This document shows, in pieces, positions 1 through 13,830 of a stretch of DNA of 64,000 nt (within the stretch, counting starts at the first letter, position 1; every line of letters starts with the position of its first letter). This DNA is from Camelus ferus. Its lineage: Eukaryota. The translations under genes were made by a program, and so were the position numbers. Below the pieces are notes generated by a model that worked only from the letters and a program-made list of their open reading frames with translations, was not told the origin of the DNA and ran no database searches. The DNA lies in contig NC_045706.1 of NCBI RefSeq assembly GCF_009834535.1, positions 30,506,001 to 30,570,000 on the forward strand, read 5' to 3'.

Positions 1-30
1 TGTGTGTGTTTGTGTGTGTGTGTGTTTGTG
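1..30. repeat. (TG)n microsatellite, imperfect, cut by window edge
   Basis: tgtgtgtgtttgtgtgtgtgtgtgtttgtg. Confidence 0.9.
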
Positions 31-249
31 CACACAGGGTTGTGATATAAAATACGTTTCTTACAATCGGTTTATGATCTTCCCCCCTAAAAAAAGGAAA
101 AGAAAAAGAAAACACTGCATTAGAGGATGCTAAAGATCTTCACCCGCACCAGGAGCCTGTGAAATCGCAGAGAATTGTTGATCTCAATTCCAATAAATTT
201 CACTTACTGATTGAGGGCAACAATTAGCCTGATAAAATATCATTTCTGT

Positions 250-400
250 TATTTACTGGCTGTGTGACTTTAGGCAAGTTGCTTAGCTTCTCTGTGCCTC
301 ATTTTCCACATTGGTAAAGTAGAATACCTTTGCATTGTTGATATTAAACTTAGTGATAGTGCACGTGGAAGGCATGTCACAAAGAAGGCATTCAACTTCT
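250..400 (+). mobile_element. MIR SINE fragment
   Basis: MIR core-like ctgtgtgactttaggcaagttgcttagcttctctgtgcctcatttt. Confidence 0.75.
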
Positions 401-1149
401 GATACTCTCCCAGAATTAAATGGGGAGTGGGGAGAGGGCAGTGAGCAGAGGGCCAGATCTTAAAGATTAGAAGTAGTATGTCACTAAGGACTCGTTGGTA
501 GAAAGTAATAGACACTGACTCTGCCAATCTAAACATAAAAGAACCTTACTGCCACAGTGATGGAGTGACTCGCGGAATCCAAGGAAGGGCTGTCTAAGCA
601 GGCTTTAGAAATGGAGAAATTTGTGGGAACTTGGGGATCTAGGCAGCAGGAACTAATGGGCAATGTCCTCATGTGACTCCATTCCAACCAGTTATTATCC
701 ACATGTTCCTCCCCAAAGGAGAGAGTCCATTGGGCTGAGCTGGAGTCAGATACCCCCCCATTTTCCATGGGAAGCCAGAGCACGTTGTTTGGCAGTCCCA
801 CCTGGGGTACACACTATGGGAGAGGGCTGGTCCCCAAAGCAAACTTGGGTGCTACTACCAGAAGCAGAGAGGATGGACGCTAGCCAGGCAAAACCAAGGG
901 ACCCTCACTACAGGACATGTGCCAGGATCTGTTAGGTGGGGACAAAGGGCAATGATATCAGCTATCATCCCAAACCCAACCTCATGATTTTAAAGAGCAA
1001 TGACCAGGGGACAATTTAGATAAACAGTTACAAATAATTTCCCAAAAGTCAGCTAAACTCTATGTCCTGACTGTGGAATCGGGGGATTTCAACTCTTGTG
1101 CTCCAAGAGAATAGAGGTTTAGCCAAGAGTGGAGTTGAGAAGGCAATAA

Positions 1150-1254
1150 TAACCAAAGCTGACACTCAGAGAAGGAATATCATGTGTGAGCTGCTGGTCT
1201 AAGCACTTTATTGTATTAATTCATTTAATCCTCATAAAAACCTCATGGTCTGGA

Positions 1255-1300
<46 letters not shown>

Positions 1301-1450
1301 TCCTCTATATTTACAGAAAAAATAAAAGGAGGTCCAGGAGGTTAGAGAGCATGCTCAGAGTCCCACAGCTAGTGAGGGGTGTCACTGGAATCAAACCCAG
1401 GCAGTGTGACTCTGGTGCCCAAGGTGTTAGTCACTGCTGGACACTGCCTC
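1150..1450 (-). mobile_element. MIR SINE containing a (TAT)15 microsatellite at 1255-1299
   Basis: catttaatcctcat...ttacag...ggaatcaaacccaggcagtgtgactct; 15 perfect TAT units. Confidence 0.75.
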
Positions 1451-1844
1451 TCCAAAGGGCAGTGTGGGATGTGGGGTGCTGGGTGCTGCTTTGGAGGCCC
1501 CTAGCGCCTCACTGGCTAGGCACTGCTATTGAACTACAGTTCCCAGCATGCAACTGGGCTATCATCTTAACCCCTTCCTCGCCAAAAGTTCCTCATTGAC
1601 TTGGGTAAAAAGTTTTTTAATGGCAAATGTGGCAAAATCTGGTTTCCCTAAAGGATGATTATGCAATTGAGGCATGAATGCTGATGTAAGTGGGATTAGA
1701 CAGAGGAGAAGTTAAGATTTTAGGTTAAAATATCCTCTGCAGTTTTTAGTGTTCGAAGGAAGACATTGGAGATGACCATGGGAAGGAGTGTTTTTTAACC
1801 TACAAATGTATACTGGGACAATGTCAGTAAGGGTGCTTTAAAGC

Positions 1845-2330
1845 ACCCATTCTCAAACTTGGCTGCACTTTGGAATCACCTGGGGAGTTTGAAAAAATAC
1901 TTGAATGCTTAGGTTACATCTCTAGAAGTTCTTATGTAATTGGTGTGGAGTGTGACCTGGACTTCAGGACTTAAAAATTGCTTTAAATTCTAAAGTGCAA
2001 CAAAATTTGAGAACCCTTGTTTCAAAGAAGAGAAATATTCAGGTGGGATCATAAAGATGAATCAAATTGTGACCAGCTCAAGGAAGCTTTTAAGCGAAAA
2101 GAGAGGGAGACAGAATAGACTCTAAAAGCAATGGTTCTCAGCCCTGGCTGTTTGTTCATTAGGATCACTTAGGAAATGTTTGTTTGTTTGTTTGTTTTTT
2201 TTAAATACAGATACCTCACCCTAGACCAACTGAATTAAAATCTCTGGGCATGTAGTCTAGGGCTGAAGCGACCCGAGAACAGTGGTTCTCAAAGTGATTC
2301 TGATGCACTTTCAAGTTTTGAGAACCCCTG
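1845..2330. mobile_element. Cluster of MER5-like hAT-Charlie DNA transposon remnants
   Basis: ttctcaaacttggctgcactttggaatcacctgggg...tttgagaacc; further ggttctca...gagaac ends at 2132-2330. Confidence 0.7.
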
Positions 2331-2419
2331 CCCTGGGATGTCGGCTCTAGGGAGGCAGAGACCGAGTCTGACAGGTTCACCAGTGAGCCTAGCAAAGTGT
2401 TAGAATGTGCTTTTGATAG

Positions 2420-2855
2420 TCTGTTATGTTACTGGCCCCCAAGGAACCACACCTCCCTTGGGAGCCAGGCTGGTCCTCCTTAATCAACAAAATGTGGCAG
2501 AAGTGATGCTGTGGCAGTTCCAGCCCAGAGCCTTAAGAAGACCCGGCAGCTTCTGCTTTTGCACTTTTGGGAGCCCTGAGGTGCATGTAAAAAGTTAGGC
2601 TCCTTGTGAGGAGGCGATATAGAGAGTTAGAAATCCTGAGACTATGTAAAGAGAGACCCAGCCACCCTAGCATCCAGTATGAGTTCATCCCTAAATGGAT
2701 CTGCCAGATAAATGCAGCCATAAAATGACCACTGGCAAGACCAGCAGAAGAAACTCCCAACTGAGCCCAGACCAGACTGAAAACCTGCGAGCAAATAAAA
2801 TGATAATTGTGTTAAGCCAGTACGTTTTAGGTGGTTTGTTAATGCAGCAACAGAA
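2420..2855 (+). mobile_element. MLT1-type (ERVL-MaLR) solo LTR
   Basis: ggcagaagtgatgctgtggcagttccagccc...ttgtgttaagcca...ggtggtttgttaatgcagcaa typical of MLT1 3' end. Confidence 0.7.
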
Positions 2856-3308
2856 AAAAATCAAAATAAAAGAGTGATCAATAAATATTTGTTGAATTAG
2901 TGGGTGAAAATGCTATAGGGACATGGAGCTAGAACACAGCCTCTCTCCTTTGTCAAAAGAGGAAAAATAGGAGTTAGAAGGAAAGTAGGGGTATACTATC
3001 CAATTGATGAAGACAGTTAGAAGGGAATTTCGACCAGAAGCCAGTAATGCTATACCCACAGCCCAGACTGCAAAGGCTCACGGTGCCCAGTCAAGAATAA
3101 TTAAAGGTACTAACTCCTGCTACCACATATTATTATATTCTATAATATATTATAAACATTATATTATATAATTATTTGAATTATATATTGATTCTTCTTA
3201 GCAAATTTGTATGATAAGTACTATTATTATGCCATCTTACAGATTAAAAAAAATGAAAGTTCAAAGAGGATAAATTATTTGCCCAAAGTCATATAACTAC
3301 TACTAATT

Positions 3309-3454
3309 GTTTTGTTTTTGTTTTTGTTTTTGTTTTTGTTTTTTGGAGGGGGCAGGTAATTAGGTTTATATATTTTTAGAGGCGGTACTGGGGATTGAAC
3401 CCAGGACCTTGTGCATGCCTAGCATGCACTCTACCACTTAAACTATACCCTCCC
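3309..3454 (-). mobile_element. tRNA-derived SINE (camelid vic-1-like) inserted into a MIR
   Basis: Minus strand begins GGGAGGGTATAGTTTAAGTGGTAGAG (A box)...GGTTCAATCCC (B box); tail decayed to (GTTTTT)n; TSD TATAACTACTACTAATTG 3292-3309 vs TATAGCTACTATTAATTG 3459-3476. Confidence 0.85.
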
Positions 3455-4669
3455 TACTTATAGCTACTATTAATTGGAACTCAACCCATATTTGTCTGAC
3501 TCCCAAATTTAAGCTTTTAAGCACACAGTAGGGCCAACCTATTCAGAAAAACTGAATAGTGACCCTGTGGGTAACTCAGTTTTGAAGGGCAGTAACAGAG
3601 AAGAGTTGCTATCTGCCATTGGTTGTAAATAAAGTCTGCTGTTTTAGCACTGGAATGCATCCTCCAATTTTAGGAAAGAAGTCAATGGAAAAATAGATTT
3701 CACATTACAGCTAAAGTTGGTAGATTACATCTACTTGGTAAAGCAAAGAAAACTAGCAGTTAATCTTAGGTCCAGCCATCTGTGATGAAGAGTAGTTAGA
3801 CATTTAGGCATTCTGAGAAACTTAAACCAAACTTCTCAATCCCAGACATGAGCTTCCTAAGCAGTCAGAGTTGCTTAAGAAGAAAACAAGGCCAGATGCA
3901 AACCAGACCAGAATAGCTTCTTTGGCCTTTAGCTCTCCAAAACTCTGCAGAACACTTTTTTTTGACCATTTCTTTTAAAATTGTCCTGACAGAAGTTTCA
4001 GTGTCTTCTATAGGTAGCATCTCAAAATTTCCTTCATCAGTTCAGTATACCAGTGCTTCCTTGGTGTGTCACAGCCAAGGACAAGAGAGGGGAAGTCAGT
4101 GGGTTCCTAGGCAGTTTGGAGCTGTTTACCTGCCCCCTTTTGATTTCTCTTCCTTCATTCCTTAGTTCAATGTGTGCTTCTGAATGCCCTATTATGCACA
4201 AAGCATTGGGGAAGGTAAGGAAGCACCCAAGTCTCTTGTCTATGGGGAGCTTGGTGAGCCCATGAGCTGGAAGCAAATTGAACGAATACTCAGATTATAA
4301 GATCACAGACAGCTCCAGGCTCCATTATTCTCTGCTTATTTGGGAGGCAACCATAGGATTGTAGACTCTGATAGCTCTGGGTTCAAATCCCAGCATTGCC
4401 ACCACTAACTGTAGGATCTTGGTCAAATCACTTAATCTCTCTGGGTCTCAATTGCTTTGTGTAAAATGAGATTAATAATGCTGACCTCACAGGCTTTTGC
4501 CAAAAGCTGGGTGACTTTGTGTCTATGAAAGCTTTTGATCATCTCTCACCTTTTATAGGGATGAGGGATTATTATCCTGTTCTTATCTTGTTTACTGAAT
4601 TGCATTCTATCCTCCCTCCCCAACGAGCTCTTGTCTCTGACTCTTTCTCCTCTGTTTTATTTCCCTTTG

Positions 4670-5180
4670 TTGTAAGGGTTCCCAAGATTTGTTTTAATCA
4701 GGTGTGGTAAGACATGCAGACATGGGAATGACTGTCGTGAAGGAAAAGGTTGTTTACTTAGTTTCCTGGAGTATAAAATAGGAGACATGGCACGCCCTGC
4801 AGGTGGGCCCCATGCGGAAGCATGAGGGTCGGTCAGGAGGCAGAGATAGTGAAGATAAAATGTGGACAAGAACTTTTATTGTACTAGTTTCAATAATCTG
4901 AGTGGGCTTTGGGGCATAGTAGCTGTCCCTAACTGTCTGGTACCTGCCCCTGAGATGATTAGGACAGGTGGATGGTGGTTGGAAGTATGACAGCCCAATA
5001 GAGGAGGTGATTGGAGATACTGGTTGGCACTGGTTTGCATATGAAAGATACATTCACAAGGTAAGTCATTTACTATCTCCAGGAATTGGCTAACCCTGGG
5101 AGGGGCAGTCCCTCCAAAGTCAGCAAGGCTCCAAATGTCAAACCATCAAAATAAAGAAAATAAAAAGACATGTTTAATAT
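4670..5180. mobile_element. Probable ERV solo LTR (family not determined)
   Basis: Begins tgtaaggg; LTR-like segment aggaattggctaaccctgggaggggcagtccctcc. Confidence 0.45.
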
Positions 5181-6699
5181 ACTCTTCCAGCTACTCCTCA
5201 GGAGGAAGCAACTGACTGGGCTCTAAGAGAACTGGGAACAGCATGGAAGCCTGGGGAATCACCCCATTAGGAGTGATGGCCTACAAGGAAGGGAGAGGAG
5301 GGTCAGCGAACCTGGTAGACTGTCAGCCCTGGCACTATTGATTTACCAAGATCCCGAGCCCATCACAGAGTGAAACTTAGGTACACAGAATGAAAGGCAG
5401 CAAGTTGTACTGCTTAAAAAAGCCTCCTTGAAGGCAAGACCCATAATTTATGTATCTTTCTATTTACTTGACTGAATGATCATTGACTAGGAGAAACAGC
5501 TAAAATGGCCCTATAAAAGAGAAAAGATCATTTAGAGGTGTGAGCTGGTGCTTTACTCTTAAAAAATAAACTTCGTTTTGCTTAATTTTTATTCCCAAAG
5601 TTAAGTATGTTGAGTTTATACATTTTCATGACTGTCTTCAATTTTGAGTAGGAACTGAATTAGCCCTGGATTGGAGACCATTGCTTATGTCCCCAAAGGG
5701 AGAGCCCCTTCTGGTTTATGCTGGTGTGAGAAAGTGAACCAGCCCTGCTTTCTTTCCTTGGTCAAATTTTCAGGGGAAGAAAAGTGGTGTAATTGATGAA
5801 GAAGCAGAAGATGATGATGACAAGACTTAACCTGTATTTATAATGTGCCAGGCACTGTTGTGGGTGCTTTAGATCCGTGATTCCATTTAATCATAACATA
5901 CATAGCTTGGCTATTATTGACTCCCAATTTATAAACGAGGAAACTGAGGCACAGAAGCTAGGCAGCTTGCCCAAAATAAGAGGTCAATCTGGCTTTACAC
6001 TGAGGAATTCCATGCTCTTAGTCACGCCACAGCACTGACCCTTGCTTCAGAGTGGTTTCCTGAAATGAAGATAATCTACCTTATTCACACAAAAGCGGGC
6101 AAGAGCTGTGTGAGTGCAGAATCCCAGTGAGGCGATGTGGATTGAGCCTTTGTGCTAACCTGGGCGTGTAACCAGGGTTGATCCTTGGAAAAGCGGTGGC
6201 ATGTGGGGAGTTTGTCTCTGGGACATGGAAGGAAGAAAAGGGGCTAAGATCTGGTTCTGTGATGGATGAGCTGTATGACCTTGGGCACAACTCTTGACAT
6301 CTAGGCTCTGGTTTTCAAAGGAAGCTCTTGGGCTGGCTGATCTCTAAGAATCCCATCCACGTCAACTGTCCCTGCCAGAAATCCTGTTGGAGAGCAGATT
6401 ATTGGAAAGGCAAGGAGAGTGTTGAGCAGGATCTTGCACGTCCAAAGGCAAGTAGGCAGTAGCTGTTGGATGCCCTGAGGAGCTCTGAAAACACGGGGCT
6501 TAGTTGCCTCCTGCTTCACAATGCCCCATATGCCTGAAGCTGGTAAATGGATAAATATCACTCGTGGTTATTCCTGGATGCTTAGAAAACCTTGAAAGGA
6601 AGGAAGGAATGATGATTTAGTGAGATGAGTAGTACAGAAGGCACTGGGGAGGGCAAGGTAGCGAGGGAGGACTTTTCATCATTTTGGTCTTAGAATACC

Positions 6700-6875
6700 C
6701 CAGTGGGTATCGACTAAAGGCAGTACTAGGAGGTGTTTGGAAATGCATAAGGCATTTCTGCTCTCACCCTGGCTGTGGTTGTTGGGCTGGAGATGCTAAG
6801 ATCCTGAAACTCTTGGGACCTCCACACACAATGAAGAATTGTCTTGGCCAGAATGCTCCGAGGGTTCCCACTGAG
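6700..6875. mobile_element. MER20-like DNA transposon remnant
   Basis: ggagatgctaagatcct...cacaatgaagaattgtcttggccagaatg. Confidence 0.6.
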
Positions 6876-7289
6876 GAAGAATAAAAGAAGTTCTCATAGT
6901 GGGGAACATAAAAAACTTCTTTGTGCATTTTTCTGAACATTAATCAATAATCCATTAACTCGAGGAAGCTGAATGCTCTTCACACAGAATCCAAAACAAA
7001 CTGACAGATACCCTCCAGCAGGAACTGTGGAGTGACTGTGTGGCCTTGCACAAGGCGTTTCATTTCCTTAGGCCTCAGTTTCTCTGTCTTTATAGCACTA
7101 ACATTCTATAATCTCCTGATTCCTCTCCTCAGAAAGGAGAAATACCTGGTAAAAAGTCAGGTTTTGGAAAGACTTTGTCTTTCTCATTTTGTATGTTGTA
7201 GATACACGCACTGCAGTTAATAACCAAAATGCATATGGCAAAGTTTAAATCAAAAGTATACAGATGCATACTCTGTTGCCTATATTGAC

Positions 7290-7498
7290 GAGGGTTAATA
7301 ATATCATGTTGCATATTTAAAAGGTGCTAAGAGAGTAGGGCTTGTAGGTCTCATCACAAGAAAAAAAATTTGTAACTGCATAGTGACAGATGCTAACTAG
7401 ACTTGTCGTGGTGATCATTTTGCAGTATACATAAATATGGAATCATGTTGTACACCTGAAACCATATAATACATCAATTATACCTCAATTTTAAAAAA
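7290..7498 (+). mobile_element. Old L1 3' end (L1MA/L1MB-like)
   Basis: gtggtgatcattttgcagtatacataaat...tgtacacctgaaac...tcaattatacctcaattttaaaaaa. Confidence 0.75.
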
Positions 7499-10000
7499 GG
7501 ATACAGCAACAAATGATCCCAGAATATTTTTGATAAGTATGATTTTAGCTATTTAGCATTTTCTCTGGAAATATATTCGAATTTTTCAAAGCCAAACACA
7601 AAAAATTCAGGCAAGGCCATGGTAAGCCACCATTTCTACTGGCTTAAAAAAATTTTGTTAGGGAATAAAGCAAGCATAATTCTAAATCATGGGCAAGGTA
7701 AACATAATTGAGCCAAAAATATAATTTGAGGTGGTCCTAAGGACAAACAGTGGCTCTGAGAGATGTTACCCCAGAGTGGGACTTGTTTATTAGAATATAA
7801 AGTTGAAAATATGATTACTGCCCACTTCTTCTACTTTATGCCTGAATTACTCCTAAGATAGTTACTAGCAGTGCCTTTTTTTCTTGAAAGAGACACTCCT
7901 TTATCCTTTCAAGGAGACTTTTAGCTGCTTTTTTGTTTGGTTTGGTTTATGATTCTGAAATTAAAAGGGAAATCATGCAACTAGACTGCGCATGCTGGAA
8001 ACTTGAACTTCATGATGTTGGATTTCAGGCTTGTTGCTTTTGTCTTATCCCTTTAGAAAGGCTCTTGTTTTGTTTGGCTCTCATTCTGGGAGAACTAAGA
8101 GCTTTCCATTGCTGCCTGTGACTTGTGGCCTATATTACACCCATTCGTTTCAGCGGAATGATGACCCAAGAAACTTGGAATTTGACCCCAGAAAATGACA
8201 AGGGAATGACGGAACTGGTTATGTCCATATGATTAGTACCCTGCTGGTCCAGGCACTGATCTCTGGCAGTGGAGAAGCACTGGAATTCTGCACCAGCCCC
8301 CCTCCTGGCCCCACGTTTGGCACTGCCCCTGCTGCTCCCAGTGGCAAAGCGAGGAAAACAGAGAAATCAGTGCTTGTTGGGCCTCCTATGGGCCAGATGC
8401 TCAATTGATCACTTACCTGGCTTCCAAGTGAGGCATTATCATCCTCACTCTCCAGATGAGGAATCAGAAGCTCACAGAGATTAAACGACTTGCCCAAGGC
8501 CATATACTTTGGCTTCAAATAGACTTCTGTTTCCAAATGTTATCATGTAATTCCTTATTTTTGATGTATATGAAATTATAGACAGTTCCTGAGGCCTTGT
8601 CTGTGTAAGACAAGTATTATGTAACATGTCTGTACAGCATGGTTTGTTAATATAGTTTGAGGGATGGGAATGACTGAGGCTGACCCAACCCTGGCTCTGG
8701 AGGATCTCTAGGGAGAGCTGGGGGGCCCCTTGTTGATCCCAGTCCAGTAGGATGCAGTCTAGTGTGGTAGCTGCAACTCAAGTCCTGACTTTGCCATTTA
8801 CCAGCTAAATGACCTTGGGAAAGTTCTTATACTTTCTCGTCCTGTTTTCCTCATCTGTAGACTGGAAGTAATACTCACCTCACAGGATTGCTGTGAAGAG
8901 GAAAGAGATAATGTAAGAAGTGTTTGGCACATAGAAAGCTATTATCGTTTTGATCTCTCTCCTGCTATCCAACATACCCTTATAAGAGCTGGCCCCTCCT
9001 GAAGCTGTCAGAATGCCTGAGGGAGGGGAATGAGAGGAGAAACCAGGCCTGAGAATGGGGCAGAACAGACAGGAATGGCTGCCTGCTTGACCCAAACTAT
9101 ATCCCTCAACCCCAGGCCTGTGTAATAGGTACCTCATTCTCATCCGAGGGTAAATCACAGCCCAGAGATGGCATTCCCTTCTGCCCTGTGTTACAGCAGA
9201 ACCAGATTTTGGAGGGGCTCTCCAAGGAGAGCATCAGTACTCCGAACTGATTGTTAAAGGCTTTTTTGGTTTTTTTTTTCAAGAAAACAACACTTTTCCC
9301 CTTTCATTCCTTTTCTGCACCAATGTTGAAGTGAGTTGTGATGCACACAGGTGTAAGTGGAGAAGTCGCCATCTGACATTTGACTGTAACTATATTGCTT
9401 AGATTAGAACTAAGTAAACACGGGATTTTTTTTTTTTTTTTTACTGTGAACAAATGAATCTTAGTTCTTACTCAGCATAGTTGTCTCAGTTCGCTCACTC
9501 AATAAATGTGTGTGAAAGTGTGTTCTGCACGTGAGGCACAGCACGACACTGGACATTCAGTAGAAGGCAAGACTCAAAGAGCTCCTGCCCTCGAGCGAGC
9601 ATCACATGGCCTAGGGGAGATGAGAATTAAACAAGAGGAAACAAGCAAGGGGGAGGCAGTGTTAGGGGACATTTCAGGTGGAGTGGCAATAGCAGCGCAG
9701 AATCCTGACTAAGTTGTCAGGAAAGTTTAAACTAAACCAAGAGCCCCAGCTGTGTCTTAATCTATCCTAGCAGCCTCCCCAAGGGCCTCTGCTTCCCTGT
9801 GGACATCAGGTGGCTGCAGCAGTAGGCAGTGTCTCCCGTAGGCCCTCTGCTCCCAAAGATCTGGGACACCTCCTCTCTCTTTTGCTTCTAAATCCTCATG
9901 AAGATGGCCAAAGGTTCTGAGAAATAGTTTCTAGGGAAAGCCAGGGAACAAGAAAAATAATGCCAAGAAAAAAGGACAAAAAGAGAAAGTTTTCATACCT

Positions 10001-10560
10001 ATATAGGGAAGGAAAAACTTCCCTGCTCTCTTAGATTCAGTACCTCGTATCAGCACAAGTTAAACTGACAAAAGACAGCTTAATAAGGGAGAAAAAAAGT
10101 AATTACATACCTATGCTCAGGAGTTCACAAAGAAATGTGACTCAAGAAGGTGAAAGAATTGGGGTGTAAGAATTTATCTTCTTAATACAGGGTGATAAAG
10201 TATAGAGAAGAGGCTAGACAAAGGAAAAGGGGATGGGCGCCTCTGGGGGCCGGGGGGGGGGGGGGTAGTTCTGGGAAGGTGACTGGGAAATGTATGGTAA
10301 ATGAGAGTTGTTTAGTAAGATTTGTTGTGCAGATAAGGGTCCTTTCAGGTGATAACAGCTGTCTCCCGAATACTTCTTTTTCCAGTACTGGAGATGGAGA
10401 CAAGTTTAGAAATGGCAATTTATGTTACCTTTACAAAGGGAAATTTATACACTGTTTTTAGATAGGAAGGGAAAGGGTAGAGAGCTAACTGCTCTCAGCT
10501 GAAAACAATCCTAAAAAAATGGTGGCATATTTTGGGGATAGATACTCTGATCACCTTCAT
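10001..10560 (-). mobile_element. ERV1-like solo LTR with an internal G14 run (10252-10265)
   Basis: Reverse complement ends ...tgtcttttgtcagtttaac...gggaagtttttccttccctata, similar to the LTR end at 25940-26022. Confidence 0.6.
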
Positions 10561-10639
10561 TGGACCTTGTTTGGGTATTGAGCATTGTGCTAAGAACATT
10601 TATATATACACTACATTATATCACTTCTTTTTTCTTTTA

Positions 10640-10785
10640 TTTTCTTTTCCAGTTTTATTGAGATATAATTGATGTACAGTACCATATAAGTTTAAGGTGT
10701 ACAACATAATGATTTGACTTACACATGTCATGAAACTTTTACCACAATAGGTTTAGTGAGCATCCATTATCTCATACAGATACAT
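10640..10785 (-). mobile_element. L1 3' end fragment
   Basis: ttttattgagatataattga...tataagtttaaggtgtacaacataatgatttga. Confidence 0.7.
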
Positions 10786-11049
10786 CACATATCACTTATT
10801 TCTTGTGACTATGAGGTAGGAATCACTGATATGCCCATTTCTCAGGTAAGACAATTGAGGCTAGAGAGATGAAATAAACAGGTCATAAATCTAGCCAATG
10901 GCAGAGGTAGGGTTTAAACCTAGGAAAATGAGAAAATTAATTGATCATTTCTTAGTAAGGGAATTTTTTTTGGCAGAAGTGGGAGTAGGAGACACTATTG
11001 TTTCTAAAAAGAGGTCTTTAGGGAGAATCAAGAAAGGGATCCTGGATAG

Positions 11050-11660
11050 TAATACTGAATAGGACCCTGCAGGCCCCTCCTCCCAACCCCTGCCTCTGGT
11101 TTATAGAACAGTTGCTCGCAGACCTTCCTGAGTCATGAAAGAGCAGGCTCAGCAGCAGATGATTGGGACAAGCCTGCACCACAAGTTTGCATGCAGTGGG
11201 GGATGGCGACAACCGCCTATCTCAATGATTAACTGAGGTTACTTCCTTGTTTCCCTTTAAAACTTTCATGGCTGAGGGGAATCTTTGGGGATGGTTTCTG
11301 AGGAACACTGAGTCCACCAGATTGCCAGTGTTCTGATTAAAAGCAACTTTCTTTTTTGTTACCAAGCCTGTTGTCCCAGGATCATACCCCTGCCCCTCCC
11401 TCAGATAGAAACCAATTATTCTTATCAAAGTCTCAGGAGGCAGCTGTAAAGAGAAGAAACATGAATTGATTTGAACCAACGAAGCCCAAAATGGCAGAGG
11501 ATTTGACTTCCATTGGACCTCGAGCCTCATTATACGCTCATTGTAATGCATTAGCATGCTAAATGACACATTCACCAGTGCCAAGAGAGTTCATGATTGT
11601 CATGACAACAACCAGAAAAGACCATACAAGGATGGAAAAAACGGCGATTGGCTCCAGCAC
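11050..11660. mobile_element. Possible ERV/LTR-derived sequence
   Basis: LTR-like motifs such as ccctttaaaactttcatggctgag; family not recognised. Confidence 0.3.
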
Positions 11661-13229
11661 AGTTTTGTGTCCACTCCAACCACCTTATTCCAACATTCTT
11701 TCTCCAATGCCTATATGATTCCAACTCCTCTAACTCTCTCTGGATATAAGACCTTCTTGGATTGTAATTTGCTTTTTTAAGTCTAGATTTTCTCTGTTTC
11801 TATATTAGCAGTTTTAAAGCACCAATGCTCAGGAAGCACAATAATCTATTAGTTATAGAAGAGTTTGATTCCCTCAACAGGCAGAGCAAACCTGAAGCCA
11901 AATGTAAGGTGGATTTTCATCTTTTAATTACTCCTCTACTTCCCACCTTGCCATATAATGACCGAGCCCTTTAATCAAATTTTGTTAGTCTAGCTCGTTG
12001 TCTCAGGTGGTGGGAAATTATCTGATAGGATATAAGGTATGAATGACAGCAAGATATTCCTTCAAGGACAATTGTATTGAATAGGGGATGGATGCTTTAA
12101 CCTAGCAGCTTTTTGACTATTTCTTGGGCTTTGCATCTGCTTCCTTAAAGTTTCTCTCTCCCTGTCTCTCCTCCCCATAAATATACTTAGCCAGAACAAC
12201 TCCATTTATACACTAAGATTCAGTTAAGATTTCATTTGAATGATCAATTTCTTTGTAGATGCATTTAACCCAAAGAATTGAAATTTTAATGATGGCAGAG
12301 GCAACTGTGGTGAGGTGGAAAGAATTCTGAAGCCAGCACACTGATAAAGCCTTGCTTTGCTATTTATCACCTGCATAATCTTGTACAGATTATTTGATTT
12401 CATAGAGTCTTGAGGTTCATATTGTGAGTGTTAAGAGAGATCGTGTAAAGTGACTTGTGATTGTGACTTGTCATTCTCTACTTTTAAGTTGCTATGAACA
12501 ACTTTTCAGGCATTGCCAACATGCAATGGAGGAGATGTTTGGGGGCTACAGGAGGAACCCCTAGAACTCCTCAAATCATGCTGATTAAGTGACCACCCGG
12601 TCATATGGCTATTGATTTTTAACCTTAGTGTATGAGCACTTGCTCCCTCATTGCCTTAAATTTCTTTTGCCACCCATCTGGTTCTCCAGTTTCTAATTAA
12701 AATTTGGAAGTTTCATGAAAACTCGGCAGGAACAGTTTTTATGGAATGTTTTCTCCAGTGGAGCAGATTGTGCTGCTCATTCAAGTCAGTTCCCAAAGTA
12801 ATTTAACTTTCAGTCCTGTAGCCTTCGTACGGAAAGGCAAGGGAAGCTAAAATGGAGCTCTGATGAACAGTGCCAATTGGACTGCCTCTTGCTTCTGACT
12901 CATTTCAGAACCATTATCATGTCAATAGAAGCATCCCCTCTAACCCCATATTTTCTGCAAGGAAGTGCTATTAGTAAAGCAAGGTCCAGAGAGAAGCAGC
13001 ACATTAACATTGAGATCAGGCTTAAAGACAAAGCAGGGACAGATGTCCAGAGATGCCTTGGTCACTGGATGAAAGGGAAGAAATAGCATTGGGAAGAGAA
13101 AAGTCTATATACCTAAATCAGGGCAGATATCACATAATAGTAAATAACCATTACTTACTAAACATTTACTATGTTCCTGACACTGTGCTTATAAATAAAT
13201 TATCTTGTTTGAGCCTCATGATTGCTCTA

Positions 13230-13562
13230 TTAGGATAGGCTAGCTGCCATAACAATCCCTAAATCTCAGTGATGTAATATGGTCAAGGCTAATTGCTTAT
13301 TCATGTCCCCATCCTCCCCAGGACCTTAGAGTTCTTTCCTGGAGGGAGAGGGAGAGAGTGCACATGCTAAGGATCCCACTGGAGGGTTCTTAAGGTTGGG
13401 GCCTGGATGTGGCACACATCACTTCTGCCCAGATTCCATTGGCTGGACCACAGTCATATGGCCCTACCTAACTGCAAGGGAAGCTGGAAAATGTCCACTA
13501 GGCATATGACCAGGAGGAAAGGGAAACAAGTTTTGGGGAACACATGACATGGTCTCTGCTAT
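13230..13562. mobile_element. MLT1J/K-like MaLR LTR interrupting a MIR
   Basis: ggcacacatcacttctgcccagattccattggc...cacagtcatatggccctacctaactgcaagggaagctggaaaatg. Confidence 0.7.
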
Positions 13563-13830
13563 AACAACTCATCATTACCCCCGTTTTACAGATGAAACTG
13601 AGTTTTGGACAGGTGAAGTAACTTGCCTAATAGCACATCACAAGTGAGTAGTAGACCCAGGATAATTCTTGCTTTGATATGTTCTTGGTAGAATCCAAGA
13701 ACATGACTGCAGATTATTAGGCTTTGCAACTAGAAAAGAAACTATCACTTCTGAGCACATTCCCTAAGCCTGAGGATTTCCTGAAATTTTCAAGATAGCA
13801 TGTGGACATAACAGTTTTTAAGACCATTAA

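Noticed and set aside
1186..1599. 137-aa ORF with poly-Tyr
   Set aside because: Produced by (TAT)15 inside a MIR; non-ATG start and no gene context.
3380..3454. tRNA gene (also 18590-18665)
   Set aside because: tRNA-like head is followed by a SINE body, tail and TSDs.
8158..8259. Box C (ATGATGA) and box D (CTGA) pair as a C/D snoRNA
   Set aside because: Weak terminal stem, no host intron, no recognisable guide; such pairs occur by chance.
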